Shown one piece after another: positions 37,490 to 50,479 of a stretch of 64,000 nucleotides of DNA (its first letter is position 1; each line of letters starts with the position of its first letter). Below the pieces are notes generated by a model. The model was given only the letters and a program-made list of their open reading frames with translations, was not told where the DNA came from and searched no databases. The stretch lies in the NCBI GenBank assembly GCA_028534125.1, contig CM052818.1, forward strand, positions 1,180,001-1,244,000. Direction: 5' to 3'. Origin of the DNA: Lama glama (taxonomy: Eukaryota). The position numbers and the translations under genes were made by a program.

Positions 37490-39700
37490 TTTGGTCATTT
37501 ATGAGCAAATACTTACTCACTCAGCGCTGATTCCTTAGCCCTGGGTGAGGCACTGGGGTTAGAACTGTGAAAGAGATGGGCGAAGGCTCTGGCCTCTCAG
37601 AGTTGCGGGTCAAGCAGTGAACACAGCCACGAAACAGGGACCAGCAAGAGAAGGGTGAGGAGTGGCAGGATGGGAGGAGTTCGGCTGGGCGTGGGAGGGG
37701 ACAGTAAGGAGCCTAAATGGAGCCCGGAGGGAAGTGGCATTTCATGGGGCCTGAAGGACTGGCCAGGTGTGTAGGGGCTGAGGGGACACGTCGGCTGAGG
37801 TCGCCTGGTGTGAAGGTTCTGAGGGGAGGTGTCACACAGCTGCCCTCAGAGGAAAGTCTGCGTCTAGAGCAAAGAGTAAGATGAGGTGGGCCAGGTAAGG
37901 GGGCCTGGGGCACACGGTGCTGGGATCTTGGAAGTCAACGCAGAGACGGTGAACGTCACCAGGAGGGCTGTGCAAAGCAGATTCCTGATTCTGAGGGGTC
38001 CCCATGGCTGCCTCGTGAGGCCGGGTTGGAGCTCTGGAGGAGAAGGAGCCATCAGGAGGCAGTGGCGGGCGTCCAGCGAGAGACGATGGCGGCTTGGACC
38101 AGGCTGTTGGCAGTGGGCATGGAGAAGAGTGGGTCCTTTAAGGGAGAGTTAGGAAGCAGCTCCATCCGGATTTGATGAAGAGCCACGTGTGGTGGGAGGA
38201 CTGGGAGTCGGCAGAACGTTTGCTGGGTTTCTGGTTTGGAGCAACCAGGCAGATGTAGGTACTGCTTAACAAGATGGAGTCAAGGAGGCGCCGGTGTGAG
38301 GGAGGAGCCTGCGGAATGTGCCCTGTGGGGGACTGGCTTTAGGTCGAGAGTCCAGGAGAGAGGCCTTGGCTGGAGGGACAGAAGTAGGGTCCGCCAGCAT
38401 GAAACAGTGATGGAAGCCAGGACCAAGGGTGGGACCAGCCAAGGAGCCTGTGGAGAACAGAGGCCCAGGGTCGGGGGTGGGCTGCCCGAGGACAAGTGGC
38501 CAGGGAAGTAAGGACAGAGCCAAGTGGGACTGGAGTATGGAGGGTGTCCACCGGGTCAGACCCTCCCAAGAGGTCAAGCTCCAGGAGGTTGAAGAGTGTG
38601 CGTTGATGTCTCAGGCAGCGAAGGCAAACCCCATCCTGAGGGCTGGGTTCCAGCTGAGGGGTGAGGAAACGGGGTGGCAGGCTGACTGCGTGGGCTAGAG
38701 GCTTGGCGCTGGGGAGAAAAGGAGAGCAGACCCCCGGCTGGGATGAGATGGGGGATCAAGAGAGGCTTTTATTTGTTTATTTTCACACTTTTTAAGTGGG
38801 ACAGACTGGCATTGCATAAATGCAAAGGGAAGGCATCAGGAGAGAAGGACATTGGAAGAGAGGAATGGAGAGCAAAGTCCGTGAGGTGCGGGCGGCAGAG
38901 AACAGACGAGGGGTTCAAAGGATTCCCCAGGGTCGGGGAGACCCCCCCACTTTAGTAGGGGAGGCAGATGTAGTAGGGGGTGCAGTTCCAGGATGGGGAG
39001 GTTATGGATGCTGTTCTGATAGCCCCTGTGTTAAGCAGAGCGGAAGGAGGAGGGTGGGAAGAGGAGGTCACAGGCTGGAGGACTAGGGAGAAGGTTGGAG
39101 ACATTCAGATGGGAGAAGGGAGAAACAGCAGACCAAGGAAGTCAGGGTGCCTAATGGGCAGCGCCAGGGGTCAGGCGAGGGAGGACACAGCTCTGTGGTG
39201 AGGGGCCTGTCTACCCAGGTGCTGGGGTCTGCTCCAGTTTTGTCTGGCTGGGGTGAGGCATTCGGGGGGCTGGTAAGAGTTCAGGAGGAGCAGAGTACCC
39301 CAGAGTCTTAGCTGAGTGGGGATGAAGAGGTGCAAGCAAACTGACTGGGAAAAGCAAGGTTTGGTGCAGAGACAGACCCAAGGAGGTCAAAGAATGACCA
39401 TGGTGTTTGGAGTCACTGAACTCATGGGAAGATGGAGGCTGCGGCTGCAGGCAGGCATTTCTACATTTGTGACTGCAGGACTGACCCTGCTCAGCAGAGG
39501 TGGTGGGAGGGGGGCAGGTTCCTCCAAGGAAGTCAGAGAAGGTGAAAATAAGGGGCCTGGGGTGTTAGACCTGGACTGTGAGGACTGGAGACCCAGGGTC
39601 TTAGAGCAGGAGGTAGTGACCCAGCCTCCAGGCCCTGGTCTTAGGAGAGTGAAGACTGGAGTCACCTTCCTCCACTGAGCCCAAGTTTTAGGGAGAAACT
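37490..39700 (-). mobile_element. Long degenerate L2 LINE
   Basis: Begins tcatttatgagcaaatacttactc (antisense L2 tail); purine-rich on + throughout with L2-like motifs. Confidence 0.55.
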
Positions 39701-42300
39701 GTAATGGGATGGGGCTCCTGTCTTGGGGCCAAGCCAAGGCACACTGGGATGGGAAGCCTGCTGTGTGATATGTGCCAGCAGAATCCTCACACCCCTAGGG
39801 CCCAGCCTTGCCCCGAAGCCAGGGGTACCCCTCCCCATCCATCCCCTCACCCCCAGAGCTGAACAGCTGTATCCTGATGCTTGGGGACTCCAAATGGAGC
39901 TGAGGGCTCCAGGTTGCCTGGAAAGTCTGAAGATGGGATGGAGAGCACTTCGCTCTGGTCCTGGCATCCCCCTCCCCAAAGCCACGGCATCCCTTTGTAC
40001 CATCAGGCTGAGTCTGCAGTTCTAGGCGAGAGTCAGAGCACGCCATGTGCCCGTAGGCATCACTGTGATCTGAAGCTTCGGGTAGCTCTCTTAGCTCTGC
40101 CTGTCTGCTCAGGGGAAGGACCCGGGGCAGAGAAACCCCAGGACAGAATCAGAGTCTGTTCTGTTGGAAGGATTTTCAGGGTCGTCCAGTTTACTATCCT
40201 CTTGGCTCTTTTGAGGAAGTAGGGGCCCAGAGCAGCCAAGGGTCCAGCCCAAAGGCGCAGAAGCCAGGTGCTGATACGGGAGGAAAGCGCTGAGGCCCAC
40301 TCCCAGTCCACAGCTCCCAGGAAATGCTGCATCGGCTTGCTCTGCGGGACTTTTCTCTTCTTACTCAACCACCTCGCCCAGCCAGGAGCAGCGGAGGGAG
40401 GAGGAAGCTGGGGCCTCCCTGGGGTGGAACAGAGTCTAGGAGCGCCGTGTTCCTCTGGGTCAAATAATGGAGGCATGGCCGCAGCCCACTGACTTGGGCG
40501 TCCAGCTGTGGCAGCAGAGAGGTGGTCTAAGTGAGCAGCCCGGGCCTAAGTGAGTCAGCGTGCAGGCTCTTCCCTACCCCCTGCCTGCCTCAAACAGACG
40601 GTTAGTCCTTCTTTGGTTAGCTTAGTCTAACCGACGTCCCTCTCGCTGCGACTCAAGCCTTTCTCGAGAATGGACGAATACAGTGATCTTGTAATAAGCC
40701 TGTTCTCTGGGAAAGGAGGGTCGGAACATGCTTTTCAGAGCCCCTTCCTCACTTACATCGACCCCAGCAGGATACAGGCGGGCCTGGGTATTATGGGGTG
40801 TTTTGAGGCCTGTCTTGTGACCTCCGGCACCAAGGCCATCAGCCAGTTGGCTGAAAGGACATTGTTCCCCCATTCTTCCTCCCAATTAATTCTCTCTAAC
40901 GAGGCGCTGCTTCTGCCACTTGGGGATCATGTCTCACATCCCAGAAGCCAGTGGGATTTGCCACAATAAGCCTGGACTTGCTTGGCCTGACCCAACCTTG
41001 CCAGGTGCCACCAAGGTTGTCAACAGGAGTAATCGCTGGAACACTAATTAATTAATTAGGTGACTTGGAGATAGAGTTTAGGAACTGGTTCCTAGAATGG
41101 CTGGCCTGCAGTGGTTGGCGTGGGGTTTCCAGCCCACTAACCCCAGAGGTTGAGGGAAGAACTCCAGTCCCCTCTTCAGTCCCCAGGAGAGAATTTTGTC
41201 TGCTCTTTTCTGTCTGTTAAAATAGTGCTAATTTGAAAATTGAAATTGCAAATAATAATAATAAGTACCATTTACTAACGATCTAGCAGGCCAGGCGGCG
41301 TGCTGGGAACCCCGTGTGCCTTGTATTAAATCCTCCTGAAGCCCCTCAAGTCCAGGGTGTTAACTGACTATCAAGGGGCGTTGCCTAGACAGGGTGATGT
41401 GTGTGTCTCTGGCTCTGGGGAGAGATCATGGCTGGGGACATGGAACCTTCGGAGCGCGGGGGGATCTGAAGCCAAGGAGGGGTTGCGGTTGCTGTGGGAG
41501 GAAGAAAAGCCGTCAAGAAAGGGCAGAAGCAGTGGCCGGGAACCCCACTGAGTAGTCAATAACACCCTGGACTTGAGGTACCAAAATGACTTCCTGTTTA
41601 CAAATGACAAAACTGGGGCACATCGAGGTTAAGTATCCTGCCCAAGGTCCAGAGTTGGTAATGATGGAGGGGCTCTGCACCCACAGAAGAGTTCCGTAAC
41701 TCTCCCCAGCTCACCCCCTCCGCACTGTGAAATGAGACGGCCCAAGTCTCAGCCCCAGGTGGCTCCTTGCTAATTCGTCAGTAGGAACATTCCAGTGCCC
41801 TCACGAAGCCCTTGTCCTTCACGAGGGGCTCACGTCCACAGGGACCTTCTGAGGTAAGTGTTTGTGCCTCGACCTCTAACCCAGAGCTGAGGTGGGGGAT
41901 GGTGGGGGTGTGTAGTGGGCCAGCAGTTTGAGTAGGTATCTCCCTTAAGAACTTGGGTGTGAGGACAGGGGGCACCCCAGACACTGGGGTGCTTTCCCCT
42001 TTTGCTTGTAACTGAGGGGGTCAAGTCACAGTCCCCTGGTCTCAGGGAGCCTCGGTTCTGGTGGGACAGACAGAAACCCAATAAACAAGAAATGTCAGGG
42101 GATGGACGGTGCAGTCATGATGGAAATAAAGCAATAGGCTGTGCTTTAGTTCACACAGGGCTGCACTGGGTCAGGTGGGTTGTAGGGGCCTCCTGGTGGC
42201 ATGTGGGGCTTGATTTGTGGTGACTTTTCTGGCCCTGTCCTCTTTGGAGATTGGGGCTCTGGGTTCTAAGTCAATGGTGGTCATCTCTGTCCTCCCCCGG

Positions 42301-42335
42301 ACACACACATAGACACACACACACACACACACACA
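42301..42335. repeat. (CA)n microsatellite
   Basis: Direct reading. Confidence 0.9.
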
Positions 42336-45300
42336 TGCTGGTGCTTCAGGTCCCTCGAGGGAGATGTCCAGGGTCCAGAGTCTGGGCCCATGGGCTTGGC
42401 TGACACAAGAGGCCAGATCAGGGGATGGGGGATGCCCTTCCTGCTCTGACAGCCAGTGTTCCCCACCTGAGAGCGCTTCCAATCCCACTTAATGAACCTC
42501 ATGTCTCCCCAGAGCAAGAAATAGTACCTTGGCCAAGTATCCTGCCCGTGCCCCTGCCCATCTCTTACCTCCCTCTCTCTTTGTGCCTCTTTCTCCCTCG
42601 TTTCCTCTCGGGCTCTCCCCCACCGCATCCCCTCCCTCTCCCCCTCGATTCCCCCCGGGAGCTCAGGGGCTGGGGGACCGGGCTGCACATACAAGCCGGA
42701 GCCATTGTTCGACAATCTGTTTTTGTCTTCATCTTGTTGGCAGGCGGCAGGAGAGGAGCAAAAGGTTAATGAGACACTGTGCAGCGGGATTACCGCGCGA
42801 GCGGCGAGCGGCGGGCGGGCGAGCCAGCCGTGGTGACAGGGAACTAATTAGGAGCAGTTTAACAGGAGGAAAAAGTGAAATCTCCTCTTCACCAACTGTC
42901 AATAATTAGCTGATTTGGTGAGGCTGAAATGTGTCCACGGGAAAGGGTGGGGCTTTTCTGTGGATGAGTGAGGCATGGGGCGGTGGGGGCCACTTGGGGG
43001 CTCTGCCTTGTCCCTCCGTGGGGTGAGGCCAGGGGCCACCCCATGTCCCCCAGTCTGCCCTCCTCCCCTTTGACTGGCATCCTCCAGCCTCAACTCTCTG
43101 TATGACCTTGGTCTTCACCTCAAAGACCTCAGTTTCTCCTGCCATAAGGTGAGGTGTTGCAAGGAGGCTTTTTCCTGGTTCTGCCCATCAGGATTCTGGA
43201 AAGCGTGAGACCAGGGCCTGGTACGGGGGTAGGGAGAGCTGATGACGGGCTGTGTGACCTCACGTCAGACGCTGACCCTTGGGTGTCTCTCCGGCGGCAC
43301 GGGTGTGCCCTCCGAGAGCGGCCCCCTGGGGCCGGGCGTGGCTGTGAATGGTGCCGAGAACTGCACCTTGCTCGGAATGTGCCTGGTAGCCGCTGGCCTC
43401 TCACTCAGCAAGTCTGTCCTCCCGGCAGCCATAGGGGCTGCGGGGGGGGCACAGGAGAGACGGGGCTGCCTCTGTAGGGCTGGGGGCTCCTCGCTGTGTC
43501 TCCCTCCCCTGCGCCAGCTTTGCAGGGGCCGAGTCGGGGCAAAGGAGTCGGGTTCACTAGCAGCGAGGGTTGTTCCCTGCAGGGCCTGTTTGCTCCGTCC
43601 GCCAGCCCCGCGGTTGTGGTTCTGGTTGTGGGTATTGGTTTGTTGGCCTCTGGCCTTTGGCCTTCCCTGGCCCTTCAGCAGGGGACCCCCTCCTCTCCCT
43701 CCCTCTGCCCCTCCAGCTTCTGCCAAACACTTTGACTGGAAGAAAAGACATCGTCTGAGCCGCCCAGGGCTTCCTGCTCAGAGCCTCCCTGTCCCTGCAA
43801 ACCCCGCCAACCCCCTCCCTCTCAGCCTAGCCCCTCCTGCCTCAGCCCTGGGGGGTCTAGGGTGTCAGAAGGCCAGGCCCTCCTCATGTCCTCGCACCAT
43901 TCACCCTGGCCCCAGAGGTTGGCTCTTAGAGGTCACCCGCATGCTGTAGGTGAGGGGCCTGCAGGTCACGTTCAGCCACCACCCTCCTCACTCCCTTACC
44001 CCTTCCAACTACCCCTTCCAGCTTTCACAGTTAAGAAACAAAGAGGCACAGCCTCCCAGTATGGGGAAGGAATGTGGCTGCGCTCAGTGGGTACCAGAAG
44101 CTCCACCATCTCTCTTTCCATCACCAGCCCTGGAGAAAGTGGTAGTTTTGATGAGCCGGCTTGGCTGGGAGCTGTGACCTACCAGAAGCCAATCTCTCCC
44201 CCAGCTTGCCTCCCTTTCTCTGAGAAAGCATGTAAACTCCCAACCAATAATAAGCAAGAGTTGGGAATGAGTTTAGGTCCACATTCAAGCTGTTCTAGAA
44301 GTGGCTCCTCCTCCAGGGAGTCTTCCCAGATGAGCCCCACTAGGATCTGTCTCACCCTAGACATGTAGACTCTGGTCACATGTGTTTCCTGCATCACATC
44401 TCCCTCCCCAGGACAACAGTCCTTTTTCTGCCCCTTGACTCACAGGGTGTCCCCCAAGGCTGAGAACTGGCACTCTTTAGCAACACCGAATTCAGAGCAT
44501 GGCTAATCTGGGCCCACACTGACTTTTTCACTTCCTGTTTCTCCCACTCCTCCAGGGCTGATATGAGGCCAGAGGCAATGTCTAGGGGGTATTGTGTCCC
44601 TCTTGCATCCACAGAGGTACCTCCTCCCCTCCAGTCTCGGACCCGTCTCCTACTTTGCTTGGAGATGTTTGTTTGGGGCGCTTCTCCTGTTCTGCTTTAA
44701 TCAGTCCCTATTGAACTCCGAAGTGGGCTATTTTTGCCGTCAGAAATCTGCCGCCTCCCCGCCCGCTGCTTTCTTGGAGTTTGCCCACAGGACCCCCCAG
44801 GAGGGACGGATGGGAAAGGCAAAGCCGCTTGGAGCCCAGGAACGCCAACGCCACCTGTCATGTTGCCTGTTCCCCACCCCCCACCTCAAACCTGCGCGTG
44901 CCCGCGGGCCCACGTATGAGCACAGTCACCAACAGGCACGTGCGTGCCCCAGTGACAGGCTGCTGCAGGGCCACCTCTCAGCCCGTCCGTCCCCAGTTCT
45001 CTCTAGGACCTTCTAGAACACCTAGCTGAATAGAGGACAGGGAGAGAGGGGGCTTGATTGTGCAAAGCTTCTGCTGAGAGGATTAAAAGCATCAGTATGT
45101 GTCAAGTGTTTAGAACATGCCTGGCCCACAGCCAGTGAGCCGTGAAGAGACACAGGCGAGCCAGACCTGGGCCGGTGGTGAGATAACTGCGGAGTCCTGG
45201 TTTCCTTAAGCAGCGTCACGTAGGTTTTCTAAGCCACCAAAGACTCTCTCATCCCTTTCTTGGTATTATCCTCATCCCAGCCCCAAGAAAATCTTCCCAC

Positions 45301-48199
45301 TGTACAGATGGGGAAACTGAGGCCTTGAGGGTGAGAAGATGGAGGATGGAGAATGGTTCTGAGACTGCCCACCAGAGGGCACCCAGGAATGGTGCAAAGC
45401 TGCAAAATGAGGAGGGGGTCGAAGCATTCCCTGGGTACACATTACACAGGGGAGATGGACAGTATAAGGTAGGGCCCCTGCCCTTGGGGAATTCAGTTCA
45501 GTTTGATTCAACTTTTACGGAGGACTGGCTAAGCCCACGGCACAGGGACACTTGAGCTGCCTCAAGTGGCTCTCACTGGGGTAGGGGACCCTGTGTTCAA
45601 AACTGGCCCGAGTACAAATCAGCCTGTGACTAGGGATGTGATGGAGATGAAAACAAATGCTGAGGGCACCAGAGGCAGCAGCGATGGATTTGATCTGAGA
45701 TCAGGGGAGGCTTCCTGGAGGAAGCAGCCATAGCGGATTAAGCCTCAAAGCCTAAACATATAATTTACCGGAAATGGAGTGCAGCTGGTGGGTGAGGAAG
45801 CTGGAGAAGGTCCCAGAAGGCCTTGAGTGTCCAGCCAAGGAGTCTGACATTCATTGAGAAGGCAGTGGGAGCCCAGAGCCAGCACCAGAGGCCTGACCCA
45901 GAGATCTAGGCCCAGGCTTCAGCTGCTCCCCAGCCCCAGCCAAACACCCCTGCCCTCCAAGGACACTCAGGAAAACACTCAGGCCTGGATATGAGTATCT
46001 GAGCAGGGCCTGAGCCCTACCCAGCCCTGGTGAGAGAGGGTGGGATGTGACTGCCCAGTAGGCAAGTTGGTTCCAGGCCTGGCAGAGGCCTCAGGCACAC
46101 AGGGTCAGCCAGGTGCCGGCCTGGGCTTTGGACCTGTGTCAATGTCGCCGCCACCTGTGGACCCTCAGAGGCCCAGACCTCTGGCCAGGAGCAGGAGGCA
46201 GCTTTGAGCCATGTCACAGGGTCACACACAACACCCAACCCCCCCTCCCCCAGCCTAGGCCTTTGAAAAGGAGGCGGAAAAGCCACCAGAAGAAAGGCAA
46301 GGAGGAGGAACTTCTTTGTAGTAGGTAAAAGCCCCTGAGAATGGGGCACAGGCCAGGGATCCAGTTTCCTGTTTATGTCTCGGCACCTTAGCTCCAGGTT
46401 CAAATATGTAAACTATCCTGCTGGTTGCTGGCTGCAGGTGTGTGTGCTCTGAGGCTGCAGAGGCAGAGGTGGCCCCAAATGCATTCCTGACTCTGGCTGC
46501 CCACCCCACTCGAGATGGGCCAGGAGACAGAGGCAAATAGCTCGGGGTTAACCCTTCCCGTGCCACAAAGGAAGCCCATCAGGCTGCTCCAGGGGGCTCT
46601 GGGGCCAGCTGGGTCTTGGGGTGCTCCAGGGAGGCTGGGTACTGGACATGGTGCTTGTGTTTGCTCTCTGACCTTAGATGCAACTGGAAGTCAGGGCTAC
46701 CTGCTGGGTCTGGAGGTGGGGGTCGGGGTTCTGATGAGGACAGCAGGGAGGCTGTCTGGGCGCCAGGCTGCAGGTTCTCCCTCAGAGTCAGGGAGTGCGA
46801 GCAGGGCAACGCCGCTCATCATCTGGGAGCAGAGCAGGCCCGCTCCCAGCAGTTCCATGTCTACTTGGCACCCCCAGTTCTGGCGCAGAGCTACCGTCAG
46901 CCAGTGCTGATTGAGAACTTCGGCCAAGGCTCTGGCTTCCCGTCCCAGACACCCGCTTCCCTCCCAGGCCCCTCCTGACTGGCCATCAGGTACCCAGGGA
47001 GGAGTTCACCAGATGAGCAGACAGACCCCTCTCAGGTCCCTGCTGGCCCCCCACTGTCTGCCTGGATGGGTCACCTCTTCTCCCTGTGTCCATCCCTTGC
47101 CCAGCCTTCTTTCTCCTTGTCACCTTCTCCCCAGAGGAGGCCCCTCAGAGCTTATCTGTGGTCAGAACCAAGCCCCGGCCCTGGGCCCACTACGCTGGGG
47201 CTCTAGCCTTTCCTGGGCTGATGCTAGTGGCCCCTCGTGGTTGCAGCTGCTCTCTCACTGGGCCTTGGCGCCTCCCACCCTCCATAAGCCACCCGTGAGC
47301 CACTGTGGCCATCACACCATTTGTTCTGCTGCTGACATGGCACACGAAGCCAGTCTCTGCATCGTCCCTTACTCCAAGCAGCAGGGGACCTCAGGGGAAC
47401 AGCCATACCCTCGTCCCTTCCTCCGGGACCCTGGAACTGGTTAGTTGCCCTCCCTCGGTACCTGAATCCCATTCATTTACCAGCAGAGCCCTGGATGTGA
47501 CTTCTGTGGAGTCAGGCCCCCCATATCTCAGAGGGGTGATCATCAAGGGGGAGGCAGCACAGGCGTCCCCAGCCTCCCCTTCTGAGCCTGATGGCGAGGA
47601 CCCCCATGGTCCCGACATCCATGGGACCCCACGACAGTGGGCCGTTGGCTCAACCCCCGGCTGTGGCCAGAGAGCTGGAGAGGTCTTGAGAAACGGCCAG
47701 TTGAGCTGACCCAGGATGGAAGTGAGACGCTGTGACCAGGGTCAGCACTGAGTAGGGGTCAGGGAATTGGGACTCCAGGACGTCTCCAAATCCCACTGCC
47801 ATGACCAAAGCCTCTCAGCCCTCGTCAGGACCGTTCGGGGAAGTCTCCGTTTGCCTGTTGTCTGTGGTGCCGTCCGGCACTGCTTCCGCCCCTTGAGCTG
47901 CTCCCCCAAGGCCGCCATCACGGGCCTGTTCCCTGCACCCGCCCCTCCAATGTGCCTGTTCCCCCGGCCTGGCGCCCTCCCCTGCCATCTGCTCTTCTGG
48001 GCAGCTGCTCCGCTCCGGGGCCCGGCTGTGCTCACACATCCCAGGCTTACTCTCCTGCCCAGGCCCTGCCCAGAGCTCTGCACCCAGGACCTGTCTGCCT
48101 CCCAGGCCTCCCCGCCTGGCGGACCTGAGCCTGTCCCCCTCCCACCCTGACCCGTCCCCCTCCCATATTCCTCTGCCTCTGAGAATGGCGTCACCAGCC

Positions 48200-48900
48200 A
48201 CCCCGGCTCCGGAGCTAGAATTAGGAATCATCCAACGCACAGTCATCCTCACCACCTCCCTCTCACCCCCGCGCGGAGTTGGTCATCAACTCCCATGGAT
48301 TTCGTCTTCAGAAAGGCTCCCCAGTGCACCGTCCTGTCATCCCCCACCGGCAGCATAGCAGGATAGAACCTGCACCTCTCTCTGATTCCTGCAGCTGCCC
48401 CTTCCTTTCCCCCTCTGGTCCACCCTCCACCCCTGCTCAGAATCCTTCCATGGATCCCCATTGCCCTCAGATAACATGCTGACACCTTCATGTGGCCTCC
48501 AAGGACTTGCCTGTCCCAGCCCCACGTCCATTTCCTGCCACATACCCAACCTGCCCAGCACTGCCCACTGCAAACAGGCCATGCTGGCCAGCTTCATGCT
48601 TGTCCCTTTCTCAGCAAGCTTTTCCGGCCCTCTCTTATCAAAATCCCCATTTCCCCCTGGCCTCCCTCCTCTGAGAAGTCTTCCTTCCTTGTTCTTTCAT
48701 CAATGCTTGGTAACCCCCACCCCCTCCCCAGTTTCCATGGCACTTCGTTTGTCTCTCTGGGATCCATCTGCTTCCATATCTGACTCCTCCCCTAGACTTG
48801 GAGCTTCTCAAGGGCACGGGCTGGTCTTGTCCATCTCGGTGTGCCCAGCCCTGGTGTATGGAGTTGGCAGCCGTAAACATCTGACTTGAGGGCCAATTGA
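48200..48900 (+). mobile_element. L2 LINE fragment
   Basis: Pyrimidine-rich; ctgctcagaatccttccatgg, ctagacttggagcttctcaagggca...gtcttgtccatctc motifs. Confidence 0.6.
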
Positions 48901-50479
48901 ACTGAAATGAGAGAAGCCTTGGATGCCAGCTCTGTCCCTGAGCGCCTGCTCTTGAGTTGAGGACCTCAACCACCGCCCTCCCCCGCAGCCTCCCCATTGC
49001 CTTAGTCTCCCCCCCGCTTCCCTCCTACCTGCTGCCCTCAGCATGGCGGGGAGTCTGGAGGGAGCCTGGGTCTGCGACAGCCCCACCAGGAGGGTGAGGC
49101 CTCGGTCTGAACCCGGGCCAGTGCTCTCCAGGGAACGGGCCGAGGAGGCCGTGGCCCTGGCCCGTGGTCCTCCACCTCGGTGGTGAGCAGCCTCTCTGAT
49201 TTTAATGCGAGCCTCAGTGCTTCAGTGAAAGCCGGCATGGGAAGTTGCTAATAATGGCACTAAAATAAAATATGCTACATCTGTTATGGGTAGCAGAACA
49301 AAATTAGCTGCTCACACCTCTGACATCCAAGATGTCTTAACTTAAAATACTCCTTGGCTTACTTTACATCATTTACTGATTATATTTAAAAGAAATACAA
49401 TTTTGCAATTACTGTTCTTTCCAGCGTGATATCTATGCATCATTTTCTTTTTATGTTTATATATTTCTCCTTCATTAGTGCAGTCTGAAGGGTGATTAGG
49501 ATTCTTCAAACATTTTACAGAGGTTAAACGTTGATTAAGATTTAATTATTACTGTAAATAGCTTGGAATGACATATGGTGCAAAAGCCTGACATATGTGC
49601 ATTTGAATAAATGAAGTGCTATTTCCCAGGATGCCTCAGTAGCTGTTTAACAGCTTTCCCGAAGGGTTATGTTACACCTCATGGTAAGATTGCTGGGATG
49701 TTATATTTTGTTGGTTTTTGCAGCTGAAAGCTAAGAACAGTTTTCCAGTTTTTTAAAAACATTGAATATTTTAAATACCTAAATTGTTTTGCACAAATTT
49801 TTGCTAATTTGTCTAACTAGGTTAAACATTTTCAAAAGCATTGAGATTTTTAAGCGTGGGTGCTGTGCATTGTGTCAGTGGCGGCGTGGGGACGAGGGTA
49901 GCCGGTGGGGTGGAGGGGACTCGGAGGCCGGCAGGGGTGTGGAGGGAGGAGCTGGTTTGAGGAGAGGGGGTGAGGAAGAGGACTGGGCCCTGAGCCTAGC
50001 TCTTGTCTCTTTGGCCCTCTCAAGTGGCCTGGGTATTGGGGTACCAGGGACTACAGGGAAAGGGCCCCCTTCTCCGGGAACTTCACCGTGCCTACCAGCT
50101 CTGGTCTATCCTGAATTCCCTCTTGTCTGGCCTTGGACCTGTGTGGCTGGATAGGACTGAGTTCTCTGAAGACTGGGCCAATCTGTGTCACCTTCTGCCT
50201 ACTCCCCAGGGTCGCCACGTCTTGCCATATAGCAGGTACTTGGGCCCAAGTTCAACTGAGCAGAGTTACGAAGGCCTGGTGCTTCTTTAACTCTGCCCGG
50301 GGCAGATGCCAGCCTGGGGTCACTCACAGAGGTAGCTCCTCCCTTCCAGCTCCCTCAGGTTTGGGGGCTCAAGCATCCCCCCGGCCCAGTCCCTGGAGGT
50401 GCAGATCAACATCTGGGCTGCTGTGGCACCTCCGGGGGGGGGGGCATCCTCCCAGTGCCTTCTGCTTCTCTTCTTTCCA

